Assembly (NCBI RefSeq): GCF_001194135.2
Contig: NC_068990.1
Span: forward strand, 4,778,015 to 4,842,014
Source: Octopus bimaculoides
Lineage: Eukaryota
DNA: 64,000 bases
Direction: 5' to 3'
The translations under genes were made by a program, and so were the position numbers. Below are positions 10,737-24,151 of the stretch, piece by piece; position 1 is the first letter of the stretch; each line of letters opens with the position of its first letter. A model generated the notes under the pieces. It did no database searches. It was not told the origin of the DNA and saw only the letters and a list, made by a program, of their open reading frames with translations.

Positions 10737-13317
10737 TATCAATATTGAATAATATCTAAAGCTTCACTCATGGTTTATAAATTGTTGCATTTCAAATACA
10801 AAATATACTTTTCTCATATTGAAAAATATGTATTCAGTTTATTGATGTGTTAATATAGGAAAATTCAAATTTCTTTTCCTCCCATATGCACTAAAAATTA
10901 AAGCAGTGCTATTTCTTAACATGAAAAACTTCCTATCATTACCATTTAGTTTTAATTGAAGAAATACTAATAAAATATAATATATTCAAAACTTAGAAAT
11001 CAAAATAATCTCAAGATAACCACAGTTTTATGATAAATTGTTTCAGAGCCATTAGAACATAGAATTCATTGAAAATTTGTGTTGTTTCTGAGAAGATAAA
11101 TTTATAGAACTATAAAAACAAAATATACTTCAATAAATCTTTTTCTTTTAGCTGCACTTCTAAATATTTTATCAGTGATCAAACATTTCCTTTCATCATT
11201 CTTATATATTAATTTTATAAAAGGAATATATATTTAGCCTTGCTTTTAAAAAAGCCATATATTCTTTAGGGGTTATAATGCCAGAATTATTTTATAGTAA
11301 AGCCAAATACATATTCATATATGAAATTTGGTAAATTATTTCTTCTACTATGTCTTAAATAAATTTCCACACATGTTGCAAAATATATACCAGTGAATTA
11401 TTTATTTGGTGTATCAACTGATGTATGAAAACGTCTGAAGATGAATGGATCTAATTTCACTGAAACTGAACACAACCTGTTTAAGGTAAAATTTCAATCC
11501 TTTGGGTAACAGGCCAGTATGCTGTCTCTGAGCTTCTAATTCCATAGTAGAATATGGTTAGAAATATAATTCTCACATGGAATTATTTTATTTATATACT
11601 TTGCAATATGCTGCATAATTCTCTTCATATTTTTCCTAAATTTTCAAAACTAACAATGACTGTTTCATCATCAAAGGGTTCCACAAAAAAAAAAGAGAGC
11701 AAAACTCTTATAATGGAGCCTATATGTAGCTGCTCAACACCTGGTATAAATATACAAGTAAAATCTTCTTTAGATCGCACTTCACCATTTCACGAAAAAA
11801 GAATATTATACATTGGATAATATAGTTTGGAAAAGATGTATCTAAAAAGACAAAGAAATAATGATAATAATAATAATGGGGAGAGGAAATATTCAACTGC
11901 TAGCATTGGCAATGAAATAATCTTCAGTAAGTGACAATAAATTGTAAACTAAATACCAATGTTCAGGGAGGAGTTAGCCAACAATTTGTATTTACTGTTA
12001 AGTGCCAGGAACAAATGTTCCAGGCTTATGCTGCAAGAGCGGTGAGATTAAAATGGTTAATGCTATTCTTGGACAGATGCAATTTAATGACTGCAGAAAA
12101 AAACCCCAAAAAACATGGACACAACGAGGGAATTTCAGTTGGCCAATGTTCTCAGAGGAAGGACTGGAGATAGTTGTTAATTCAGGGCTTCAGTGAGGAG
12201 GGAACACAATATGGGTGATGAGTATATTCGATAAGTGTGCTCAAAGGGTTTGAGTGGAGGTGGAACTAAATCAACCAGCACAGAGAAGCAAACATCTTTA
12301 TAATTGCAGTAAAAGAGGCAAAGTGAAATGATGGCACATCTGTAGGCCACCCTACTAATCAGCAGCTTTATGCCAGTCAGAAGATAGCTTACAACACCAT
12401 CCTAAAAGTAGGAGTAGCATTCTATTGTGAGGTTAGTAGCAGCTGTTGGGCTAAAGCATTTTCTTACTTTGTAAAAAGCGACCAGTATCTTTGTGCTGCA
12501 GCCTTTGCTATTTGGAGAATGTGCATTTGACATAAGAAAGACTCATTAATGGTGAAATCTAGCATTTGAAACTTCCCGTTTGCAAACTGGATTTATGCTG
12601 CTCATATTTGGAGCTGTTGGGGTATGGTAATGTTTATTTGATGCATGTAATGATTGTGACTGTTGAAGATAACAAGATTGGGATGAGCTGGCTGGAAGAC
12701 CTTAAACATTGAGTCCATGCTGGTTTAGCAGGAGATGTCTAGGTTGCATGTAGATGATGCTTCAGTGAAAGTTAGGGAAGAATGAATGGTTATATCCCAT
12801 AAGTGAAAACGAGCTTTGTTGGAGTTGATAGCTTGCTTTATAGTAGCATGGTGGCATTGATATATATAGTAGGAAGAGTGTGATGACAAAACTGAACTTT
12901 GGGGTACCAGAGTTGCTAAAGTATAGTATAGAAAGAGCTCCCTCAGCACAAGCTGTGATAGTCAAAGACATAGAATGGGGTGGAGCTACAATCCATAGGT
13001 GGACAATGTTTTCAGATATAGTTAAATGCTTTTCTGATATTAAGCACATAAAGAAAGTTTTCACCAAATTTCCCTAGGCAAGTAGATTTCAAGTAAACCT
13101 GGTTTTAAGGAAGCCGTACTGGTGGTCATTAGGGAGGGAAAGAGATTGAATGTTTTAGAGAAGGTGGTTATAAATAGCTGTCTCCATCACATTCAAGATG
13201 CTGGGAGTGAGAATAATGGGATGATAGTTGGCAGTGTCAGAAGAGCTGTCCTCATTGGGAATGAGGTATACTGTAACATGTTTCAAAAAATAAGGATAAA
13301 TCCTTGCGCACAAAAAG

Positions 13318-13344
13318 AAGAGAGAGAGAGGGGGGAGGGAGGGG

Positions 13345-13406
<62 letters not shown>

Positions 13407-13420
13407 GAGAGAGAGAGCGA
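13318..13420. repeat. (GA)n/(GACA)n microsatellite inside the LINE
   Basis: Directly visible. It interrupts the RT-coding region. Confidence 0.95.
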
Positions 13421-13548
13421 GGAACAGACTGTGAGAGAAACAGAAAAGTTGAAGAGTTTCAGGAAGATGAAATCTAGGATTATTTGGGGGTAGAATAAGG
13501 GATATTGCCAAGCCTTGTTGATTTGATATCCTTAGAAGTACTTTCATA

Positions 13549-13570
13549 CATGGCACACATGTGTGCCATG
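13549..13570. repeat. Perfect 22-bp palindrome CATGGCACACATGTGTGCCATG
   Basis: Equals its own reverse complement. Confidence 0.97.
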
Positions 13571-13602
13571 ACCAGGGATAGTTTCACAGGAAATTTACAG
13601 GA

Positions 13603-13763
13603 AATAATTGTTCTGTTGGCAGTATTCTTATGGAGAATATGTCTATATTTACTTCATACTTTGTATCTAACTGCCTACTGCACACCAGTAGGCAGTTAGA
13701 TACAAAGTATGAAGTAAATATAGACATATTCTCCATAAGAATACTGCCAACAGAACAATTATT
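13603..13763. repeat. Perfect 78-bp inverted repeat with 5-nt spacer (cacac)
   Basis: 13603-13680 is the exact reverse complement of 13686-13763. The ORF track shows the identical peptide ENMSIFTSYFVSNCLL on both strands. Confidence 0.97.
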
Positions 13764-16700
13764 ATTTACACATAGAAGGAAAAAGACATCCACAGAGCAG
13801 GTAGAGATTCTTTTGGCAAGATACAAAAAAGGACCAGTCCAAATTTGGGAGACAGTAGTGTTTATGGAATGTGTGATGCATGGAAGTATCCTGTGTATTT
13901 TGGATGATGATCATACTGGAGGAAAGTGTTCTGCATAAACTGTTCAGTTTCAAGAAGTGGGTAATCTTCTCCAAGCATTGTATGACATATTTTCTTTTGC
14001 CTGAACTACTTCAGTGCAGCTATGAGAAAAAACTCTTAAGGGATTTGTGGTAATGAGTTTTTCTTAAGTGTTGGATGTAGAGAGACATGCACAAACAGAT
14101 GCTTTTATTCAGCCACCTAACAGTTTCTGGTGTGTCATGGGTAAAACACATTTACTGCCAAGGATAGTCAGAATAGAATTAATAGAGATCAAAGTAGTGC
14201 AATAGGGTCCCGGAGGTGAGAGTAGAGCATAGTATCATATATGAATGGATGGTGGGCTGTGAAAATAAAACAGCAGTGGTCAGACAGCCTTGACAGATGC
14301 AGAGGTGGTAAGGATCTTGTTGAGATAGATTTGGTGTTGGTCAGAGATGTGTGTATGGAATGAAACTAACTGATGTTAAAAGATAAAGATTGCAGAAGAA
14401 TTGAATTCTACACAGGCAGCATCAGTGTAAAATGAGTGTGAAAGCCAAGAGTTGTGAGTGCTGAAGTCACTAAAGATGATGACTTCAGAGAGGTGTAAGG
14501 TAATGCATATGAAGTCAATGCAAGAAGAGATATGGTCAAAGAGTTGTGGATGATTGGAGGAATTTATAGAGGGAAAACATATAATGTATTGGTGTTCTAT
14601 GAGGTCAAGTTCTGTGCAAGTCTGGTACAAACACTTACAACAAAGTAAATCCTTTAAAAGACTCATGAGCCAGTAGGTGCTATTAACTAGGGCTATGTGA
14701 TTCACTGACAACTACCCACTAAAATATACAAAAAACAAGTAGAGTACATATAACAACACCACATTAAACAATGTGAAATCAGGTAGAATAAGAGTGCACA
14801 CACACACACACGTGTGTGTATATATTTTAGGTACAGCATATAAATCAACCGTTTTATTTACTCTATGCAATATTAGCCATCAGTGAATCAACTAACAGAT
14901 TCTAGAACAAAATGAGAATGCTAAATTATCCATCAAATATTGGTGTTGCTGAGTGCTTTTTATCCCTAACTAATTCACAGTTGAGTAGGCCTATGATCAA
15001 AGACATCCTAGTGTTAATTACCCTGTCTTTTTAAGACATTAGTGAGTCATTCAACGGAATTCAGTTGCTATTTATAGCATGCTAAATGATTATAAAGATG
15101 CCTGAAAATGACATCCCTCTGTTTGATAAATACAGTCACAGCTGTAAGAAGATGATTAGAAATATATTTGTTCAACCCATACTAGCATGAAACATGAATC
15201 TTAAATGATGATGATGATGATGACAATGATGATAAATCCATTGGAATACTATTCTTTGGCCTAACTCTATAGTACATCACTTATTAAAAAAAAAAAATGA
15301 AAGCAAGGCATTAAGGATTTACTTTGTCATATTATTGATAAGATTTTGGGTTATGCCAGTTTAGTTCAGACAAGTTCTCACCTGATGGTTCTTGTTTTTT
15401 ACTCAACCTAAGATTAGAAAATGGTGTGGAAAATTATATCTTTATCCTGTGGTCATCTTATCAATGCCTTTCTAGAATTCAGAGAAGCCTGGCAGAGAGT
15501 GTGCTCCCACCTAGGTAGCTTTGATAAATGAACACAGTTGTTTGTTCTTGTCTTTCAAAAGGCTATAATAGTCATTTTTTTAAAATACAAGATAAACCTT
15601 TTCATCTTTAGTTGATTTGCATTAAGTACAATATATTTAAAAGCTAATGATATCTGACATCATTGCTCCTCATGAGAATACTGTGATCTTAGGTGATTAT
15701 AATCTCATTAGCTCTTTAAACACAAGTAACATTAAAATTTATTTGGGATTCTCAACTGAAGTCTCTTGTAGGAAGAAGCCTAGGTGACACCAGCTAATCT
15801 GTACTTTATATTTTTGCATCATTTGAGGGAAAAAACTGAAGAACTTAAAATATAAAAAGTTTAATACCAAGTTCTTTGACTCGTACTTGGTTGAATTTGG
15901 GGAATTGGAGATTTATATGAATATGATCCATGTAAAAGTAAGGAATGTGTTAAGGACTTTTAATATAAGCATTATTAGATATATATTTGAAAATGACAAG
16001 TGAAAATGAAAAAAAAACAACAGTGAACTTAGTAACAAGGAACCCAATGCATTGAAGGCAAGCAAAAGATTTGTGAATCAATTCTTGTTAGTGGGTCTGT
16101 TGTTCAAAATATTTACAATGAATAACATTTCATAAACGTGTGTGTATGTATTTACATGTTTGAATATATATTTAAGTGCATGTATGGGTGTGAGTTTATA
16201 TGTATATATGTTTGTATACATGTGTGTCAATTTCAATTACTTAAAGTGAATGTTTTTTGTTGCATTAGGTTCCAGACATTTAAGTATTTTTCTTTTCATA
16301 TTCCAATATGTTATAAAGTATTTGTGTCATAAAATATGTAGAGGTGACTGGAGGAAGAGGAGGAGGATACTGTTAGCATCAGTTTACCATTATCTTTAAA
16401 ACATATTCATGAAAAATTCCTTGCAATACCAAGTTGATCAATTATAGATGATTAATTCTGAAATATAAGATCTTACATTTGCAAGAGGATTTTTTTTTAG
16501 ATTACCAGTAAAAATACTGTTTTAAAGATTAAACAGATCTTCACTTTAGAAATGTCTAAAAAGCTGTAAAATGACAAGGAAGAAAAAAAGAAATGTAAAA
16601 GTGATAAAGTGAAAATAACAAAAAGTTGAATAGATGAATAAAGAGTGAAGTGAAAAAGTTTTCAACTTTGAGTAGTGAAATAATAATTGAAGCAAATGCT

Positions 16701-17867
16701 ATTAAGGTAAAAATATAAGTATATCAGGCTGAAATCTTTATCGGATATGAAATATTTCCTGTAAGCATGTTCTTGTATAATTCTGAAACTAAGAGTAAAT
16801 ATATATATATATAAAAAAAATTTTAAATATGACAAGAAAGGATGTTAATGTAAGTACTGATGAAAGTGTTGTTAATAATGTATAGCATGTCAGAAATCAA
16901 TAATGCATAACAAAACTAGTAATATTTTTTAGGATATTATTAACTATAAAGTTCAGATGATGCTACAGTTGAAAATATGAAATGTGCATTGTATTCGTAA
17001 GCATGGCAAATTGCTATACTTCCTTAATCTTCATTCTGATTTAAGATATTTGTGAATTAAGGAAGGTCTGGGGAAAATCATTAGAATTTATTTGTGGCAC
17101 AAATAAATCCTAGTATTGGTGATGGATATGAGTTAATAATATTGAATAATATTGATTTATGACTTTGGTAAAACCCAAAACTTTGTGAAAGAACTATATA
17201 TATATTGTCACAGAACTAAGCTTGTACTATATTTATCACAGGTGGATGAAAGTCAAAGTCAATGCAACCTCTCAATGATCAAAATAAAATACATAAAGGA
17301 ACAAAAAAAAAACGTGGTAGATAAAGTTTTCAATTGATAACCTACTGACAAATAAAATATGCTAACCATTTTTATATTATCTGGATTACTTATATTGTTT
17401 GGAAAGAAAGAATGCTATGCATTCTGAGAATTTGAACCTGCCAGTAAACTACATATCTATCTATCTGTCTGTCTGTCTGTATGTATGTCTGTCTGTCACT
17501 ATATTATATATAAATATATTTATCAACCTATCTCTATATCTATAATTATATATATATATGTGCATGTATAATTGTTAAAGAGGACAACAAACATTAAGGC
17601 AAGGCAAGCCCTAGTAATCTATTACAGCACTTACCTAGTGTACCTAATCATTTAGATCACCTGTGAACTAAACCCCTATACTTTGTATATTTGCATGCAT
17701 GTATGTGCGCAAATGGAGAGAGAAGAAATATATTCAAGAATGACCCAAGACAAGAAGGCTTTGAAGGAATGATATGTTGACCAGAGAAACTGACCACAAC
17801 ACTCAGAGTCATAATTTTATACATGCGCTTGCAGATGTAAGGTCACACACACACACACACACACATG

Positions 17868-18020
17868 ACAGTTTTTCAGTCTTCCAAATCCATTCACAAA
17901 GCTTTGATCAGCCATGGGCTATAGTAGAAAGCATTTGTCAAACGTGAAGCACAGTGGGAATGAACTCAAAATCATATGGTTGAGAAGCAAATCTCTCAGT
18001 CACATAGCCATGACTTGACC
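17868..18020 (-). mobile_element. SINE family C head (CORE-type)
   Basis: tttcagtcttccaaatccattcacaaagctttg...ctatagtagaaagcatttgtcaaacgtg...cagtgggaatgaactc...ccacatagcca. Confidence 0.7.
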
Positions 18021-18047
18021 TATAATATATATGTGTGTGTTAGTGAA

Positions 18048-18097
<50 letters not shown>

Positions 18098-19253
18098 GGA
18101 GGAGGCAAAGCATAAAAGATTTTGATAAATAAAGGAATGGGAGGCACAGTATATATAGTGAGTAGAATATGTACTTAGTATTCATTTTGCTTTTGTTAGG
18201 ACCAAAAGTTGTGTTGTATGCTGAAATGATTTGAAATCAGGAGCAAAAATATTAAACTGGAGCAGCAACATCTTGAATGTAGATAATATAATTTTTTAAC
18301 ATCATAATACCCAAAATCAAATGTATCTTTAGTATTTATATAAAAAAATAGTATCTCAAGAAGATACTTTTTTCATAGAAAAGGATCTCATAAAGATATT
18401 TAGATATAACTTCATAAAACTTTTGTAAAAAATTTTTTATAGCTGTGATTACAATTTGATAAAAACAATTTTTAGTTAGATATAAACTATTTACATTAGA
18501 GACAAAACTGTGTATTGTAACAGAAACCACTTTTGTGTTCCCTACTTTATTGTTTAATACAAAGCTAAATGGAAATATAAAAGTATTTTTGGACAACATT
18601 GTTATACTGCTGATATATCTTTATTTGGCAACTGCACCATGCAATACTTATGTTTAACTTACTTGGAAACAGTATCAGCTCTTAGCTTACATGTCTAATT
18701 ATCAAGACTCAGTTGGCAGATGATTTTAACTAAACTTCCTTCTTTAATCATATCTACAATAGCCTAAGTCATACTTTAACATTCTATCATCACTGACATT
18801 GTCCAACTCTGAAAACAGACTTGATTCAAATTCAAATTCTCGCAAATATATTAACATAACAGACATAGCACATTCAGTGACACATTCACTTTCATCCCTC
18901 ACTCTTACATAAGTCAAGAGTCAAACAACTGAAATCAGTTTCTGAATAATTCCAACACCTCTGTACAACAGATAAGTTTTAAAAAAAGCATGAATTTCAG
19001 TAACTGTCACACACTGAGACCACCTATTTCTAGCTAATGCAGAAAAAAAATTTAACATAAAATCTTTTTCTCACTACACATGCCTTAGTAAAACCTATCT
19101 TCACTGTTTCTTTTCTCATTTATTTAAACCAGACTGTTCTCTTCTAAAGGCAGTAACACTTCCACCTGATATAATCATGATGATTACAAAATTTATTTTT
19201 AACATATTCATTCTATTTAATGTCTTTTCTCTCTCGTTTTTTTTTTTTTTTAG

Positions 19254-19259
19254 AATAAT
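19254..19259 (+). other. Candidate 6-nt microexon (AATAAT)
   Basis: Long pyrimidine tract + tag|AATAAT|gtatgt. No AG dinucleotide occurs between 19154 and 19251. Confidence 0.2.
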
Positions 19260-20598
19260 GTATGTAATTATTCAGAACTATAAAGAGTGGTAGAGAATGC
19301 TAAGTGTAATTCTTCTGTAGAAATATTTATTTTTCAGTAAATATATATCAAAAATAAACATACGTGTGCATGCTCAAACACATACACAGGTTGTTAATTT
19401 TATGAGTGTATATTTCATAATTTTATGAGTGTATATTTCATATACTACTTTCTGTATGCATATATATTTGTAACAATAAGTCATAGACTTATTCTAGAGC
19501 AAAATATTGTCCACCTGTATATGAATGTTGTTTATAAGTGTGAGTAAATGTAGTGCCTCCTCTATTCAGTGTACAATGCTGTATGTATGATTAAGGACAG
19601 TAGGGAATCTCTCCCATACAGTGTACTAAACGTGTGTAACTAAGAAGTACATTGGACATGACTGATCTCATCTCTCTGGCATTCACCATCATTCCTGTTC
19701 ACTGTACCAAGTTAACTGCAAAATGAGGGACAAAACTGAACCTATCCATATTCAATCCTTACTTGACACCATCTTATCACTCTTCCTCTCCCAACATGAG
19801 GTTTTTGTATAAGGCATTGCATCAAAAGATTGTACCCATTACAACTTCTTACATCCTTTCTGTCTATCAACTATCACTCTTCTCCAAGATCGAGTTATCG
19901 ATATTCATCACTTTCTGTAACCATTGTACATCTCTATTACATTCCATAACACCTCTCTCTCTCTCTCTGACAACCTCTTGGGCAATGGTGCAACAATAAA
20001 ATGCACCAAGTACACTGTGAAGTATTGGAAAGCACACATAAAATGGTAATGATGATAGTGAGGAAGGAAGGCATAAAATTCAGAACTACGAGAGCATTCT
20101 TATCCAGAGAGATGATGTAACTCATATGAAATATTGTGTGTGTGTGTGTGTGTGTATGTGTGAAAACATACAGATACAATAATTTCTGTGCGATTATTAT
20201 ATATAATTTACATGATTTTCAAACTTTGGGTTGGCAGATTATTCAGTTCCAGGCAGATCTAGGTCAGGAAAGAAAAAAAGCTACTTAATACTGACAAAAA
20301 GGAAACTGTTTTAAGCAGTTTTGTTCATTCTTAAAGATTCAGATTTAGAAATGACAACAATTTAACTGTAGATCAATAACCTTTTAACAAACATTTTAGA
20401 TATGTCTGTTTATAAATGTGTTTGTTTTTATATGATAATAGGAAAGAGTAAGTTGAGTATGTACAATATGTTAATTATCATAATTTTATTAATTATTGAA
20501 TTCATAGTACTGACCTAGAAGACCTTGTATTTAGTTGTGTCCCTTTATATTCTAAGTTCAAGTCCTACTAAGCTTAATACTAACTTTTATTTCTGTAG

Positions 20599-20647
20599 GT
20601 TGTTGTTTAGCACAAATTCATCTCTAATAAAACAGATCTTTAAGAAG
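20599..20647 (+). CDS. Candidate internal coding exon (R)LLFSTNSSLIKQIFKK, alternative donor at 20662
   Basis: ttttatttctgtag acceptor; donors AAG|gtaggt and GAG|gtaaat are 15 nt apart and in frame. No homology recognised. Confidence 0.25.
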
Positions 20648-21300
20648 GTAGGTTCCTCAGAGGTAAATATAAAATATACTTTGCAAGTAATGGAGTTGAT
20701 TCAATTAATTAAGCTCTGTTCTCACCTCTAAAAACGTCAGGCCTTGTATTAACATAAGTAATCATTATATATGACAATAAAAGCTAAAAATCATTTGATG
20801 TTTTAATTTAATCAGCTATAAAATGGACCTGTGTAACAATAAGTTATCAATTACAGTCACTAAGGTTAATTACTTAAAACTTAGTTGTTTTTAAGTTAAA
20901 AAACACAAGAAAAAAACAAAAACAAATAATCGAATTAACTGCAGATCAATAACGTTTTGTATCTGATATTAAAAACTGAAAGTACCGCATATTCACCTGA
21001 ATTCTCTAAGAGTGGACATTATCTTTTCACTTTTTCTTAAACTAGTTTTGTTGAATATACCAACTCCTTGTATATTCTATAACATGTGCAATTGAATTAT
21101 ACTTTCATTATCTTGGTCAACTTTGGCAGTTTAACATACCATAATTCATATGATATTTATATAGCTGTCCATTTTAATTAGTTATATGAAGGAATATCAA
21201 ATTATTAATTCAGTTTAAGTAGATATTCACATGAACCAAGAGAAAATGTGTTGAATTTCTGAAGTTGTTTTAATTGTTTGCAGTTGAGAATCTATGTAGC

Positions 21301-22004
21301 ATAGTTGTACATAAGAGAATAGTTGTACATAAGGGAATAGTTGTACATAAGGGAATAGTTGTACATAAGTGAATAGTTGTACATAAGGGAATAGTTGTAC
21401 ATAAGGGAATAGTTGTACATAAGGGAATAGTTGTACATAAGGGAATAGTTGTACATAAGNNNNNNNNNNNNNNNNNNNNNNNNNNNNNNNNNNNNNNNNN
21501 NNNNNNNNNNNNNNNNNNNNNNNNNNNNNNNNNNNNNNNNNNNNNNNNNNNNNNNNNNNNNNNNNNNNNNNNNNNNNNNNNNNNNNNNNNNNNNNNNNNN
21601 NNNNNNNNNNNNNNNNNNNNNNNNNNNNNNNNNNNNNNNNNNNNNNNNNNNNNNNNNNNNNNNNNNNNNNNNNNNNNNNNNNNNNNNNNNNNNNNNNNNN
21701 NNNNNNNNNNNNNNNNNNNNNNNNNNNNNNNNNNNNNNNNNNNNNNNNNNNNNNNNNNNNNNNNNNNNNNNNNNNNNNNNNNNNNNNNNNNNNNNNNNNN
21801 NNNNNNNNNNNNNNNNNNNNNNNNNNNNNNNNNNNNNNNNNNNNNNNNACATAAGGGAATAGTTGTACATAAGGGAATAGTTGTACATCAGGGAATAGTT
21901 GTACATAAGTGAATAGTTGTACATAAGGGAATAGTTGTACATAAGTGAATAGTTGTACATAAGGGAATAGTTGTACATAAGTGAATAGTTGTACATAAGT
22001 GAAT
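21301..22004. repeat. 18-bp minisatellite (ATAGTTGTACATAAG-GGA/TGA) spanning an assembly gap (N 21460-21848)
   Basis: Eight full units plus a partial unit lie left of the gap and about eight lie right of it. Units differ essentially at one position. Confidence 0.97.
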
Positions 22005-23545
22005 TAAGAACCACAACAATGTATATAGTGAGTTTCAATAAAAAAAAAGAGAGAAGTTTTGTGTATTTCTTTACTAAGTTATTTGGAAGTTGGAAAAGGG
22101 CAGTTCTCGTGACTTTTACAGACTCTCCAGACTGGTGAGATTGAAAAAGCTGATGTCCAGATTATTGTGTTAAGAGATCTATATCTTGAAATAGAATTTT
22201 TGCAACTGATACTTAAAAGTATCCCCATTTTACAACTGAGTAATATTGAGAATTCTGATGCATTCATGCAATAAATCACTCGAGATATTTCTTAGCTTCT
22301 TAATAAGCATATATGATTAAGAAGATATTGTACATGGCCTTTAAACCATAACAAAAATAATTTCTAATTTTGATACATGGTGGTAGCTAGAATTGCAGAC
22401 TAAATTCCAGTGATAGAATATATAAATGGTTGGTTTTCTAGTAACCATTTACTCAGTTATCTACTCTCTTATTTTGTACTGAAGTAAAAAGTACCTAATT
22501 TCAGGCATTACAAAAATAAAGTATTAGGACAGTTACTTAATAAAGGTAATGCAAGAGCTAACTTATCATTCGCTAAACTCTTGTATGAAATATAGTGAGT
22601 ACTGAAGTGTACTTTCTCTATTCAACTCATGGCAGCCAAGTAGAAATAAGAGTAAATTTGTCAAAGGTTGAACTAAATCAGTGAACAATTTTACTAATTC
22701 TCCTGTGTACAAAGTTTGAGTTAAATCTTCTCAAATCTTCCTTAGGAAGTCTACAGTGAGATGGTAGAAGAAATTGTAGGGTTACATGTGAACACTCCCT
22801 TTTTAGCTCATTCAACATCACTAATTCTAAGAGAGAAAGGAAAAATGGCACTAGTACTCATTTCACAATTAATTTCTTAACCATGATGGATGAAATGTTA
22901 AAACTGTCTTGGTATGATTTAAACTCTAAATGTAGAGCCAGTGCAAATATTGCAAAGCATTTTATTCAATGCTCAAATGACTAAGCTTAATCATTGTTTT
23001 AATTTTCTCAAATGGGAATCAATGACAGGAAAAATACTCATCATTATCATTTACTTGCATGTGTTGGGGGGGGGGATTGACAGAATCTGAGTCAGAATTT
23101 ATTAAATTTACTGCCTTCTTAGAAGAGTTGGAGGATCATGCGTTGCTCAGACATTTCAGTTTTGGCAAAGTTTTTACAGCTAGATTTGCTTTCTAATATC
23201 ATCCATTTCATAGAATATGCTGGGTATATTTTATCATAACATCAACAGTTGAGAAATTATCATACTGTCAGCAAGCCTTAAGAGGTCCTTTCAATCCTGT
23301 GTTGTTCTTGCTCAGTATGCCAACATCATCACAGAGTGAGTTGGGTGCATTTTATCAAGGCACCAGCATTATAGAGGTCACCTTGTAACCTGCAAGACTA
23401 AAGAACCCTTTCAAATGAGAAGGAAAATAGGAAAGAGAATGATTGCATAAGGTGAAGTATTGAGATAAGTTAAAATATGATGGGAGGTGAGTGTGCTGAA
23501 GAAGGAAGTGATAGAAAGAGAAAAAGTGTAATGTTGGGGGATAGT

Positions 23546-23581
<36 letters not shown>

Positions 23582-24110
23582 GTGATAAGAAGAGTAAGGT
23601 GGATTAAGGAGAAGATAAATTCTGTGCTATCCCATGCTACATGGGTATATGGGGTGGGTGGATGTGTACCTGAAAGTAGCGATGGTGTTGAGGAATTGGA
23701 GTGTTCTCTCAAAGTAATGTATCCAAGAAAGTGAATCAAAAGATGTGTAGTACCAGAAGAATCAGGAAGAATGAGTGAAGGTTGCAAGAGAGGAGCGTGA
23801 GTGAATGATAAAAATAGGGGTGGAGGAGGTCTTAGCTAAATAGGGGTCAAGGGGGTTAATGCTCTGTATAGGGTTTATACAAACATTGTGGTAATGTTTA
23901 TTAATATTTCAAGTTGAGGAATTCTATGTTACACATTTACACTAGGTTTCTTACTGGTAGTGGATTTTGGGGAAAGTGATTATGCCATAATGTGAAAGAT
24001 TTCACAACATCCATTGACTAATCACTTTATCTGAAAATTATTACTAACATGAAATCTGATGTTGTAATTACATAATGGAAAATTCTTTAAATTGAAACAA
24101 TTATTCATGC

Positions 24111-24151
<41 letters not shown>

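Larger units (their letters stand above)
11960..14750 (-). mobile_element. Decayed CR1/L2-group LINE ORF2 (APE + RT + C-terminus)
   Basis: APE-like SINSSNHPQLFDHISS...VIIFSDFSTHNSWL (14376-14711); DSSSDTANYHPIILT...NDHQYGF (13100-13280); LNIRKAF and SGTPK...TLFLLYI (12850-13060); C-terminal LANSLP (~11970). Many stops and indels. Confidence 0.85.

Noticed and set aside
11554-11820. 88-aa ORF
   Set aside because: No domain motif, low-complexity A run, and no convincing splice pair on either strand.
13122-13493. 123-aa ORF with ER/RQTD-rich tract
   Set aside because: It is the antisense of LINE RT plus a GA/GACA microsatellite.
15476-15514. 39-nt exon candidate (FREAWQRVCSHL)
   Set aside because: It lies next to APE-like debris (VILGDYN at ~15685), two frames are open, and the donor is mediocre.
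21301-22004. CRISPR array
   Set aside because: Units are contiguous with no unique spacers, there are no cas genes, and the context is eukaryotic.
21292-22038. 248-aa ORF of (MYNYSL)n as a repeat protein gene
   Set aside because: It is one stop-free frame of an 18-bp minisatellite, half of it is N, and there is no splice or promoter context.
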